Assembly (NCBI GenBank): GCA_030066135.1
Contig: JASJCD010000018.1
Coordinates: forward strand, 1-24,980
Origin: Desulfobacterales bacterium
GTDB lineage: Bacteria > Desulfobacterota > Desulfobacteria > Desulfobacterales > UBA5852
Direction: 5' to 3'
DNA: 24,980 nt
The notes beneath the pieces are model-generated. The model searched no databases, had not been told where the DNA came from, and saw only the letters and a list, made by a program, of their open reading frames with translations. Numbering within the stretch: the stretch's first letter is position 1; each line of letters opens with the position of its first letter. The position numbers and the translations under genes are program-made. Of the stretch, positions 1 through 8,658 are shown piece after piece.

Positions 1-1
1 C

Positions 2-586
2 AGCCTGGGCTTCCGCAAAAGCTGCGCCCACGGGGTGTGCGGATCGGATGCCATGCGCATCAACGGCAAGGACGGCCTGGCCTGCAAGACCCTGGTCAAG
101 GACGTGGCCGACGCCGACGGCGATACCATCACCGTGGAGCCCCTGCGCCACCTCCCGGTCCAGCGGGACCTGATCGTGGACCAGAGTGAATTTTTCAGCA
201 AGTACCGCCTGGTCAAGCCCTACCTGATCAACGATGATCCGGTGGAGGCCGGAGAGCGCATTCAGTCCCAGGAAGAGCGCATGGTGTTCGATGACACCAC
301 CAACTGCATCCTGTGCGCCTCGTGCTACTCGGCCTGCCCGGTGCTGGTGGAGAATACGGCCTTTCTGGGGCCGGCCGCCATCAGCCAGGCCTACCGCTTC
401 CTGGCCGACACCCGCGACCAGGGGTTTGCTGCCAGGCAGCCGGCCCTGGACGACCCCAACGGCGTCTGGCCCTGCCAGAACCATTTTAAATGCACACAGG
501 CCTGTCCGCGCGCGATCTTGATCACCAAGCGCATCAACCAGGTCAAACGGATGCTCGACAAGGCGCGTGAAGCCGAAGAAGAGTGA
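2..586 (+). CDS. sdhB: Succinate dehydrogenase / fumarate reductase iron-sulfur subunit, C-terminal part (5' end lies outside the window)
   Basis: Reading frame is open from the window edge: SLGFRKSCAHGVCGSDAMRINGK (2Fe-2S ligand region), then CILCASCYSACP and CTQACPR cluster motifs typical of the SdhB/FrdB 4Fe-4S and 3Fe-4S ligands. Stop codon at 584-586. SdhB and FrdB cannot be distinguished from this fragment. Confidence 0.85.
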   Translation, partial: SLGFRKSCAHGVCGSDAMRINGKDGLACKTLVKDVADADGDTITVEPLRHLPVQRDLIVDQSEFFSKYRLVKPYLINDDPVEAGERIQSQEERMVFDDTTNCILCASCYSACPVLVENTAFLGPAAISQAYRFLADTRDQGFAARQPALDDPNGVWPCQNHFKCTQACPRAILITKRINQVKRMLDKAREAEEE

Positions 587-613
587 AGCGCAGTAGAGAG
601 CGGGGCACGGGCG

Positions 614-664
614 CTTTCTTTTGGTTACTTTTCTTGGGCGACCAAGAAAAGTAATAAAAAAAAG
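614..664. repeat. AU-rich extended hairpin, about 24 bp with GCGA loop (CTTTCTTTTGGTTACTTTTCTTGG-GCGA-CCAAGAAAAGTAATAAAAAAAAG); partial copy of repeat family A
   Basis: Folded by eye. The flanking GGGCACGGGCGCTTTCTTTTGG is near-identical to the GGGACACGGGCGGTTTCTTTTGG segment of the copies at 18030 and 21690. The stem is maintained by compensatory substitutions relative to those copies. Sits between the convergent sdhB and MFS genes. Confidence 0.5.
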
Positions 665-835
665 ATGGATCGGTCGAAGGGCTTTAAGTCCTCTACCAGA
701 TATAAGGAACTTTGATAAAAACCAATCGGCAGCCACTCCCCGCGAAGCGACGAGTATTTCGCGTCAGGTGAAACGGAAGGAAGACGAGGCCCGGGACGAA
801 CATCTCCCCCGAACCATCCGGGCCGGCGCGGCGGC

Positions 836-2182
836 TCAGGCTTCCGGCAGCATGCTGCTCAGGGCCGCGCCCGCCAGCCCCAGAAACATCAGGATGCCGA
901 TCAGCCAGGGCAGCCCGATGAGCCCGGCTACGAAGCCCAGCGCGCCGAAGGCCAGGGCCACCAGACCGATGGACGAATTGGCAAAGGCCACAAACGTGGC
1001 CCGTCGCTCCGGATCGGCCCGGTCGATCAGGTAGGTCTTGCGCCCCAGCAGTACCCCTGCCTCTGCAAACCCCAGCAGCATGAAGATCGCAGCCGCCAGG
1101 TAAGGACTGCGCCAGGCGGGCGGCAGGAACCCGATGGCCAGCGCGCCCGCGCCGGTCAAGACGGCCATGATACCGCTCAGCACGAGCACCTTGCGACTGG
1201 ACAGGTCGGCAAAGCGCCCCCAGAAAGGGCTGCTCAGGGCGGCCGCCAGGCCGGCGGCGATGACGATGATGCCCAGGGTCTTGGACTGCCCGGGGAGCAG
1301 TTGCTTGATATAAAGCACGTAAAAAGGGGCGGCCAGCTCGACGGAAAGCAATGCCGCCCGCACGGCCAGAAAACGACGAAACCACGATTCCCGCCGCACG
1401 AACTGCAGGCCCGCCCGGACCTCACGGTAGGCATCGCGGCCGCCGGCCACCGCTCCCGGTGATTCCTTCATTCCTGCGAAGGCCAGGCCGGCAATCAGCC
1501 AGAGCACGGCACCCCCGAAAAGCAGCACCAGCGCGGGGTGCGTTTTCACGGTGTCGCTGAACGCGGCCCTGATCGCCAGGCCCACGCCGATGGTCAGCAA
1601 ACCACCGAGCATCCCGCGGACGGCCAGCAGCTTGCCCCGTCGTCCCTTGGGAATGGTCTTGCCGGTCACATCCTGGAAGGCCACCGATCCCACGCCACGA
1701 CAGACGCTGAAGACGAGCAGGGCGATGACAATGACCAGACCTGCGGCCGAGGGTGGCAGCAAAACGGCCGCCGCCACCATGGCCAGGAGCATCACCACCT
1801 GCACCATGGCCGCAACCACCCAGAACCACTTGCGAACGGGATAGCGGCGGATGCGCCCGGCCACGGCCAGCTGCGGCAGCAGGCTTCCGGTCTGCCGCAG
1901 GGGCAGCAGCAGGCCCACGAAAACCGGTGGCGCGCCCAGGGCGCCCAGCAGCCAGGGAAGGACAAGTTTCGCGCTGGCCACCTGTTCGGCCAGTTTGGAT
2001 GCGGCCCCGTTCAGGACATTGAGGACGAAATTGTGGGGCAGATTGGTGCACTCCTCCGGCGGAATATCCGTGCAGGCCCGCTCGGAGGTGTCCTCACCGC
2101 TCAAGCGCGCATAGATCGCTTCCACCCGACTGCGGCGGGCTTCGGCCTCGGGCAGGGGCGGCTTGTCCTGGATCGTGGTCAT
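836..2182 (-). CDS. MFS-type transporter (multi-pass membrane protein)
   Basis: 449-aa ORF, highly hydrophobic with about 12 predicted helices and a typical MFS-like composition. Start chosen at MTTIQDK, preceded by a perfect AGGAGG RBS (reverse complement of 2188-2193). The longer ORF start at 2233 was rejected. Confidence 0.8.
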   Translation of the reverse strand: MTTIQDKPPLPEAEARRSRVEAIYARLSGEDTSERACTDIPPEECTNLPHNFVLNVLNGAASKLAEQVASAKLVLPWLLGALGAPPVFVGLLLPLRQTGSLLPQLAVAGRIRRYPVRKWFWVVAAMVQVVMLLAMVAAAVLLPPSAAGLVIVIALLVFSVCRGVGSVAFQDVTGKTIPKGRRGKLLAVRGMLGGLLTIGVGLAIRAAFSDTVKTHPALVLLFGGAVLWLIAGLAFAGMKESPGAVAGGRDAYREVRAGLQFVRRESWFRRFLAVRAALLSVELAAPFYVLYIKQLLPGQSKTLGIIVIAAGLAAALSSPFWGRFADLSSRKVLVLSGIMAVLTGAGALAIGFLPPAWRSPYLAAAIFMLLGFAEAGVLLGRKTYLIDRADPERRATFVAFANSSIGLVALAFGALGFVAGLIGLPWLIGILMFLGLAGAALSSMLPEA

Positions 2183-2486
2183 GGCATCCTCCTGGTAAGG
2201 GGGCCGGTGGGCGACCAGCCGATGCGGGTTCAATCAGAAGCGCCGTTAACAGGTCAGGGCCGATTCACAAAGGCCCCGGGATCGGCGCCGGACAGGCCGT
2301 CGGTGTCCGGCCGCGGTCCGGATGGCCAAGTTCCGAAAGAGTTTTATTATCGTACAAGGATCTGCTATTCTGTTATTTTGTTAAACTGGCGGTTTGGGGC
2401 TGCTCCAGGCCTCGAAGACGTCAGCGGAGAAACGAAAACGCTTCGGTGCTACGGCGGTCTTGGCCGCCCAAAGAAAGCGAGTGAAT

Positions 2487-4661
2487 ATGCAAGCCGGTCA
2501 TCATAACCTGTGGACGACAGACTGGGAGGCCTACTGGACCGATGCGGCCCAGCGTGCCGTCCTGTTCACCGACATTTTACGCAAACGCGGCAATGTCTAT
2601 CTGGAACACCTGCTCAGCGACCAACCCCCCGTGCTGGTCTTCGATTACGAAACCATCCTGGACGGCCGCGATTTCGATCCGCCGGTCAACTATGCCCTGG
2701 TGCGAATCATCGATCGGCGGCGCGAAGGGCGGCCCGTACCTGGGGGCGCTGCCGCAGAAAGGCGGCACCAGGCATCGGTTGCCGTCGAGGCCCCCGAGGC
2801 GACGCGCCGTCCGATCGTCATTTTCGATCCGCGCGCCGGGCACGGTCCGGGCATCGGCGGCTCCAAGAAGGATTCCCAGATCGGCATGGCCCTGGATGCC
2901 GGCCACCCGGTCTATTTCCTGATCTTCTTCACCCGACCCGCGCCTGACCAGACCCTGTCCGATGTGCGCAATGCCCAGATCAAATTTGTCGAGGCGGTGC
3001 GCCAACGCCACCCCAACGCTCCCCGCCCGGCCATCATCGGCAACTGCCAGGGTGGGTGGGCCGCGGCCCTCGTGGGCGCCGAGCGACCCGATCTGGTAGG
3101 TCCGATGGTGTTTAACGGCTCCCCGCTTTCCTACTGGGGGGGCGTGGAAGGGGTCAACCCCATGCGCTACCTGGGCGGCCTGATTGGCGGTGTCTGGCTC
3201 AATTCCTTGCTCAGCGATCTGGGCCACGGCTACTTCGACGGGGCCAACCTGGTGGCCAATTTCGAAAACCTCAATCCGGCCAACACGCTCTGGACCAAGC
3301 TCTACCACGTTTACGCCAATGTGGATACGGAAGAAAAACGCTTCCTGGATTTCGAGAAGTGGTGGGGCGGTTTTTTTCTCATGACCGACCGGGAGATCCA
3401 CCAGATCGTCGACGGCCTTTTCGTGGGCAACAAACTCGAGCGGGGTGAATTCGAACTCGAGGCCGGCCGCCGGGTCGATCTGAAGAACAACGACAACCCG
3501 GTGGTCGTCTTTGCTTCCTTCGGGGACAACATAACCCCGCCCCAGCAGGCCTACAACTGGATCGTCAAGACCTACGGCACGGTCGAGGAGATCAAACGCC
3601 GCGGACAGGTGATCGTGGGCATCGGGCATTCGAAAATCGGCCACCTGGGCATCTTCGTTTCCGCCAAGATCGCCCGCAAGGAGCACAAGGAGATCATCGC
3701 CAGCTTCGATATGCTCCATTACCTGCCCCCCGGTCTCTACGAAATGCAGATCGAAGAGGAACCGGATGCGCCCGGTGAATATGCCGTGCGCTACGTCGAG
3801 AAATCCATGGACGATATCCTGGCCCTCGACGACGGACTGGAGGACGAGAAGGCCTTCCTGGCCGTGCGCCAGACCTCGGAGGTCAACGACCGCCTCTACC
3901 GCAGCCTCGTATCCCCCTGGATGCGCCTGGCGGTTCCCACGGGTATGGCTGAAACCATACGCCAGCTCCACCCCCTGCGCGTCCAGCGCTACATGCTCTC
4001 CGATCTGAACCCCTGGATGATTCCCATCAGGGCCTGGGCCGACGTTATTAAAAATAACGACCGCCGCCAGCCGGTGGGCGAGGACAACATCTATCGCATC
4101 TGGGAAAAGCGCATGTCCGACACGATCGTGGACGGGCTCAACCTCTACCGCGATATGCGCGACGCGGCCTGCGAGCTGATGTTTCAGACCATCTACGAAA
4201 GCCCCTGGATGAAGATGCTCTCGGACTTCGTGGGCCCCGTAGCCCCCCGCAACGACCAAGAACTCGAGGAGATGCGCCGGCGTGATGCCGAGCGCTGGCG
4301 CCGCCACATGACCACGGGCGAGTTCGAAGACGCCGTGGTGCGGATTTTCCTGGCCATCGGCTTTTCCGACCAGGTGGTGCGCCGCAAGGGTTACAAGGTC
4401 ATCGGCCGGCTGTTTGCCGATAACCCGCGGATGAGGGCCCTGGATCTCGATGACCTGCAGCAGATTGTGCGCGAGCAGTCCCGGATCGTGCAGACCGACG
4501 TGGATCAGGCCATCGAGCATCTGCCCCGGCTGCTGCCCCGGGGAAAAGATCGTCGGGAAGCCCTGGCCATGATCGCCGAGGCCGAACGCACGATCGGACG
4601 GCCCCTGGCCCCCCAGGAAGATGCCATGATCGAGCGGGTCCGAGGCGTCCTGGCCGCGTAA
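2487..4661 (+). CDS. DUF3141-family alpha/beta-hydrolase-fold protein (PHA-synthase-like large protein)
   Basis: 724 aa. Segments characteristic of DUF3141: NCQGGWAAALVGAERPDLVGPMVFNGSPLSYWGG and WTDAAQRAVLFTDILRKRGNVYLEH near the N-terminus. Start taken at MQAGHH (2487), not the upstream ATG at 2394. Confidence 0.7.
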   Translation: MQAGHHNLWTTDWEAYWTDAAQRAVLFTDILRKRGNVYLEHLLSDQPPVLVFDYETILDGRDFDPPVNYALVRIIDRRREGRPVPGGAAAERRHQASVAVEAPEATRRPIVIFDPRAGHGPGIGGSKKDSQIGMALDAGHPVYFLIFFTRPAPDQTLSDVRNAQIKFVEAVRQRHPNAPRPAIIGNCQGGWAAALVGAERPDLVGPMVFNGSPLSYWGGVEGVNPMRYLGGLIGGVWLNSLLSDLGHGYFDGANLVANFENLNPANTLWTKLYHVYANVDTEEKRFLDFEKWWGGFFLMTDREIHQIVDGLFVGNKLERGEFELEAGRRVDLKNNDNPVVVFASFGDNITPPQQAYNWIVKTYGTVEEIKRRGQVIVGIGHSKIGHLGIFVSAKIARKEHKEIIASFDMLHYLPPGLYEMQIEEEPDAPGEYAVRYVEKSMDDILALDDGLEDEKAFLAVRQTSEVNDRLYRSLVSPWMRLAVPTGMAETIRQLHPLRVQRYMLSDLNPWMIPIRAWADVIKNNDRRQPVGEDNIYRIWEKRMSDTIVDGLNLYRDMRDAACELMFQTIYESPWMKMLSDFVGPVAPRNDQELEEMRRRDAERWRRHMTTGEFEDAVVRIFLAIGFSDQVVRRKGYKVIGRLFADNPRMRALDLDDLQQIVREQSRIVQTDVDQAIEHLPRLLPRGKDRREALAMIAEAERTIGRPLAPQEDAMIERVRGVLAA

Positions 4662-4685
4662 GCGGCCGCCCTGCGGCCTCCGGCG

Positions 4686-4714
4686 GCCGGCGGTCCGGGT
4701 TCAGCCGGCTTTTT
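4686..4714 (+). terminator. Candidate rho-independent terminator after the DUF3141 gene
   Basis: GC-rich stem GCCGG...CCGGC (5 bp, 13-nt loop) immediately followed by TTTTT (4710-4714). A longer 8-bp stem CGGCCGCC/GGCGGCCG lies just upstream (4663-4689). The DUF3141 and L,D-transpeptidase genes are convergent here. Confidence 0.35.
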
Positions 4715-4869
4715 CCATGGCGCCCGATCATCGCGGGGGCGGAGATTTCAGAGGGCCTGAAAAGGCCCGCAGGCTCACCTGGGCGCTCAGCCCTAAATCA
4801 CCTGTATTGTTCGGAGAGCGCTTCAAAACAAATCAGGGCGGAAAGCACACCGTCAGGTTTGGGGATGTA

Positions 4870-6630
4870 CTACAGGCGGCGGTCTTGCGCGTAGGATCCG
4901 GCATAGGCCGGCAGGCGCAGGGCCGTGCGGCATGCCGTCCGGGCGGCGGCACGCCGGACCAGGGTGTTGGCCAGCATGCGGTCATGCCCGTAGATGTCTT
5001 CCCGGAAGTGGTTCGTCCCGTCGGGCGCCACCCAGGCGGTCCAATAGACCAGGTAAACGGGCACGGGTTCGTCCAGAACGATCACCTGCCGCTGGTTGGA
5101 GGCCACCGCCTGGGCCAGCCGCTCCGGGTCCCAGTCCTCTCGGTCAAGCAGGATGGACACCAGCGCCAGAGGTTCTTCCACCCGCACGCAGCCGGAAGAG
5201 AATGAACGCGAAGACTTTTTGAAAAGACGCTTGGCGGGCGTATCGTGGAGGTAGACGCTCATCTCGTTGGGGAATATGAATTTGACCCGCCCCAGGGCAT
5301 TGCGGCCGGCAGGCTCCTGGCGCAGCCGATAGGGGAAGTTGCGGGCACTCACGGCCGACCAGTCAATGCTGGCAGGATTCAATTCACGGGCGCCCGGTGC
5401 CCAGCCCTCGAAGACGCGGAAATCCTGGCGGACGAGAAAATCGGGATTGGCCTGGATTTTGGGAAGTAAATCCTCGCGGGCGATCTTGTGCGGCACATAC
5501 CAGTAGGGGTTGATCTCGAGATAGGTGATCTTGCTGGCCAGAACCGGGGTGGGCCGGCCTTTGCGCCCCACGATGGTGCGCATGGTCCTGACCACCCGCC
5601 CGTTCGTGACCACCTCCATCTGGAAGCCGGGGATGTTGACCAGCAGGTAACGCGCTCCCATATGGGTCGGCATCCAGCGCCAGCGCTCCAGGCTCATCTG
5701 GATTTGAAGGATGCGGGTTTCCACGGGCACGTTCAAGGCCGCCAGGGTGCGCGCACCGGCCACGCCGTCGGCGATCAGGCCGAGGCGCCGCTGAAACCGG
5801 GCCACCGCGGCCGCGAGCGCCGCATCGTAGCAGTGGCGTCCGGATTCCAAACGGCGGCGGTAGTCGCCCGTTACGGCCAGACGCTGCTGCAACTGTTCGA
5901 CCCGCGGCCCGCAGTTCCCCGGCTTGAGCTTCGGGCCCGCCGGGATGGTGGGCCAGCCGCCTTTTCGTTGGATCATCCGGTAGCGTGGCAGGCTCTGCTG
6001 CAGGGCGCGATAGCCTTCATGCCGGGGCCCCAGTCCGACCAGGTAATCTTCCAGACGACCGCGATCCAGTGCTTCCGCCAGCCCCACGGCCAGCCGATCG
6101 ATCACGGGCCTGACCAACGGCAGGCCGAAATTGGCCATGGCCAGGTCCGTGCGCCCCGACGTGCAGTGCCAGGCGTAGCGCAACACCATTTCGGTCACGG
6201 CCAGTTCGAGCTGGATCTGCTGGCCGTCAAACGCGGCTCCCAGCGCCACCGGCCTCGAGACCCTGCCGCCCATCACTTCTTCCAGCCAGGGATTGCGGTA
6301 GTCGGCGACGTGCAGCCCCTGGTCGGCGGCCTGGTAGACCACCGCCAGGGCCATGGCCCCCTCCGGACGCAACCCGTAGCGATCCACCCAGGCCGGCTTG
6401 AAGGCGCGCACCTGGTAGAACCGCACCATGGCCGTGTCGAGCTCGATACGCGGTGCATCGCAGCGGGCCGCATCGCCGGTAACAATGGTCTGCAGTCGCT
6501 GCCGCAGTTCGTGCGCCGCTTGCACCGGCCAGTCGTCGGCTCGGGCGCCCACGCCCGGGACGGCTGAAATGACAAGCAGGACAGCCAGTGCAACGGTTGC
6601 TTTTCTCACCATCGGTTTCAATTCAGTCAT
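4870..6630 (-). CDS. L,D-transpeptidase, YcbB/LdtD-like (peptidoglycan-binding domain plus YkuD catalytic domain)
   Basis: 586 aa. N-terminal signal peptide (VALAVLLVISAVPGVGARA). Catalytic-domain motif YLHDTP...SSGCVRV near the C-terminus. Overall length and architecture fit the YcbB family. Confidence 0.85.
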   Translation of the reverse strand: MTELKPMVRKATVALAVLLVISAVPGVGARADDWPVQAAHELRQRLQTIVTGDAARCDAPRIELDTAMVRFYQVRAFKPAWVDRYGLRPEGAMALAVVYQAADQGLHVADYRNPWLEEVMGGRVSRPVALGAAFDGQQIQLELAVTEMVLRYAWHCTSGRTDLAMANFGLPLVRPVIDRLAVGLAEALDRGRLEDYLVGLGPRHEGYRALQQSLPRYRMIQRKGGWPTIPAGPKLKPGNCGPRVEQLQQRLAVTGDYRRRLESGRHCYDAALAAAVARFQRRLGLIADGVAGARTLAALNVPVETRILQIQMSLERWRWMPTHMGARYLLVNIPGFQMEVVTNGRVVRTMRTIVGRKGRPTPVLASKITYLEINPYWYVPHKIAREDLLPKIQANPDFLVRQDFRVFEGWAPGARELNPASIDWSAVSARNFPYRLRQEPAGRNALGRVKFIFPNEMSVYLHDTPAKRLFKKSSRSFSSGCVRVEEPLALVSILLDREDWDPERLAQAVASNQRQVIVLDEPVPVYLVYWTAWVAPDGTNHFREDIYGHDRMLANTLVRRAAARTACRTALRLPAYAGSYAQDRRL

Positions 6631-7206
6631 TCCATCCTCGGCACCGTTCGTCGAATCGCAAGGCGCTGTACGTTACGGGACGCACCTCACCTTTCATAAA
6701 GGCCATATCAAAAACCAGGCCAATCCCAGGATGGCCGCAACGAATTTTTATCCAGCTGAATTTATTTACTTTTGCTGCTGTTTACGCTTAAGGCGCCCGG
6801 CGGGTATGGTTCACACTGGGTCATGCATTACCCAGCTGCTGGGAAAAAAAAGAGCAAATGCAACCCGCTTGATAGCCGGATGCATCGGAATCAGGAAATG
6901 GCGAATCGTCTCTCGATCCCGTCCGGACGTCCTGTCCTCAACACGGGTGGGGTCGGCCGTAAGGGCCTCGAATATCGAGCGCACCGCCTGATTTTCAGAC
7001 CCCAGAGACACAGACCCGGTGTGACAGGGGGTTTCGGGGGTTATTGACGTGCGCTGCGTTCTCATGTGCGATTGCGGGTGCGTTGACTGAACGCCGCTCA
7101 GCTTTCAAGCGCCTGGTGGGGGACAGGTTCAATCCGGTTCCATGCGCAGGATTCACCAAGCTTGTGTTTGTGGATGAATCTGATAACATGCGGCCTTGGC
7201 GGGGCA

Positions 7207-7262
7207 GCAGACCTGTCTTTATGCCGTGCTCTGGCTTTATGTCGTGCTCTGGCTTTATGGCA
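7207..7262. repeat. Short tandem repeat, 3 units of about 18 bp (CTTTATGNCGTGCTCTGG)
   Basis: Seen directly: ctttatgccgtgctctgg / ctttatgtcgtgctctgg / ctttatggcatgctttatgg. About 100 nt upstream of the 7366 start, inside a 735-bp ORF-less intergenic region. Confidence 0.6.
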
Positions 7263-7365
7263 TGCTTTATGGCTTTTGGGCGTGCAACGCCGCTGTCGGC
7301 TTCAATGACGCCCAAGGCCGCGGCCGGATTTATGGCGCAACCATCCCAGGCTGGAAAGGATCACC

Positions 7366-7824
7366 ATGCAGGACGAGTTCAAGCAATCGAATTTCAGAAG
7401 AAAGATCGCGGAAGATGATTTCAAGTATTCAATGAAAAAGGTGGCCGCGGCCGGTGTGCTCACCTTTGCCCTGCTCTTTCTGATGAACTTGGTCCCGGTC
7501 ATGGCCTATATCACCTACCCGGTGGCAATTTTGACCAGCGGCACCAACGAATTGGTCGCCAATCTGTCCATCCTGGCCTATCTGCTGATTCTGTCCTACC
7601 TCCTGTTGTGGTTTTTCGTTTTCCGCAGACAACCGGTCCCCCGCATATCGCACCTGCCCTGCCCTCACTGCGCCTCGGGCGTTGATATGTTCAGGGACTG
7701 GGAATGCGAGAAATGCGGGAAATCCCAAGGCTTCAAGAAATACATCACCGAGGGCTGCCGCCAATGCGGAAAAATGTCCGACACCTATTCCTGCGAGCAC
7801 TGCAACCAGCCGTTCGCTCTTTAA
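7366..7824 (+). CDS. Small membrane protein with C-terminal double zinc-ribbon (CPHC...CEKC and CRQC...CEHC)
   Basis: 152 aa. RBS AAAGGA 7 nt upstream of the ATG. Two hydrophobic helices followed by four CxxC pairs. Function unknown. Confidence 0.6.
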   Translation: MQDEFKQSNFRRKIAEDDFKYSMKKVAAAGVLTFALLFLMNLVPVMAYITYPVAILTSGTNELVANLSILAYLLILSYLLLWFFVFRRQPVPRISHLPCPHCASGVDMFRDWECEKCGKSQGFKKYITEGCRQCGKMSDTYSCEHCNQPFAL

Positions 7825-8252
7825 ACCACGCAAGGGCGCCGGGCGGCATGGGCGCCACCCTAAGACGCCGGGGACATTCGTCCCGGCGTTTGACTTTGGC
7901 GCGGTTTGCCGTATCTATATGGTACCGATCTGTAATCAATCGATTCAATGCGACTGATCACTCAGACCCGGCTGTCCTCCTCGCGGAAAATTGCACCCTT
8001 CCACTTTCTGAAGCGATTTAATCGGCACCCCTTCATCTGTCCCTGGCAGAGGCGTCGCTTCGACATCCGCTGACCGGCAGCATCCATCTACCGCGAACCG
8101 CACACCCCACGACCAGAAGACAGGCCGCCACCCATTTGACACCGGCGACGAGGGCCTTTCCATCAATTGTATTTCGGTCGGATGCGTAACAAACACCTTA
8201 ATGGGTCTGTTTTTCGAAACCCTCATCGTTAGAGCGTGAAAAGGAGGGAGCG

Positions 8253-8606
8253 ATGACCGTCAAAATCCTGCTTGAGCGGAAGTTCAAGGAAGAGCCCACC
8301 CTGGAGGAAATCAAAACCATCAACGAACTGCGAATGACGGCCATGGGAAAGAAAGGCTATGTCAGCGGCGAAACCCTGGTGGACATGGACGACCACCGCC
8401 GCATCGTGGTGATATCGGTCTGGGCCCAGAAGGCCGACTGGGAGGCCTGGGTCAATTCGGACGAACGGCGCTGGATCGCCGCCGGGCTGGACAACAATCT
8501 CCGGCAGCCGCCGATCATCCGGTCCTTCATGCTGGGGGCAGACTATCTGAGCGATGTTTTCGAAGACGTCGTGCACGCGTCGGAGATCGCCCCGACGCCC
8601 GCGTGA
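8253..8606 (+). CDS. ABM (antibiotic biosynthesis monooxygenase / Dabb)-like small protein
   Basis: 117 aa. Strong RBS GAAAAGGAGGGAGCG before the ATG. Sequence pattern (ILLERKFKEE...VVISVWAQKADWEAWVNSDERR) is typical of stress-responsive ABM-fold proteins. Confidence 0.6.
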   Translation: MTVKILLERKFKEEPTLEEIKTINELRMTAMGKKGYVSGETLVDMDDHRRIVVISVWAQKADWEAWVNSDERRWIAAGLDNNLRQPPIIRSFMLGADYLSDVFEDVVHASEIAPTPA

Positions 8607-8658
8607 TAAAGGCATCCAGGCCGACGGAGGTCGCGAATCGTTGCGATTGGCACCCCAT

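Noticed and set aside
2577-4520. 647-aa minus-strand ORF antisense to the DUF3141 gene. Similar long antisense or alternative-frame ORFs at 693-1385, 1422-2051, 1538-2506, 5488-6567, 14871-16139, 16136-17329 and 18242-18988.
   Set aside because: Typical high-GC shadow ORFs: Arg/Gly/Pro/Ala-rich, low-complexity translations overlapping well-supported genes on the other strand or frame. No RBS and no family resemblance.
8044-8060. Possible second sigma54 promoter (TGGCAG-N5-TCGC) upstream of the ABM gene.
   Set aside because: Two mismatches to the -24/-12 consensus including the -24 region C. Too weak to call without data.
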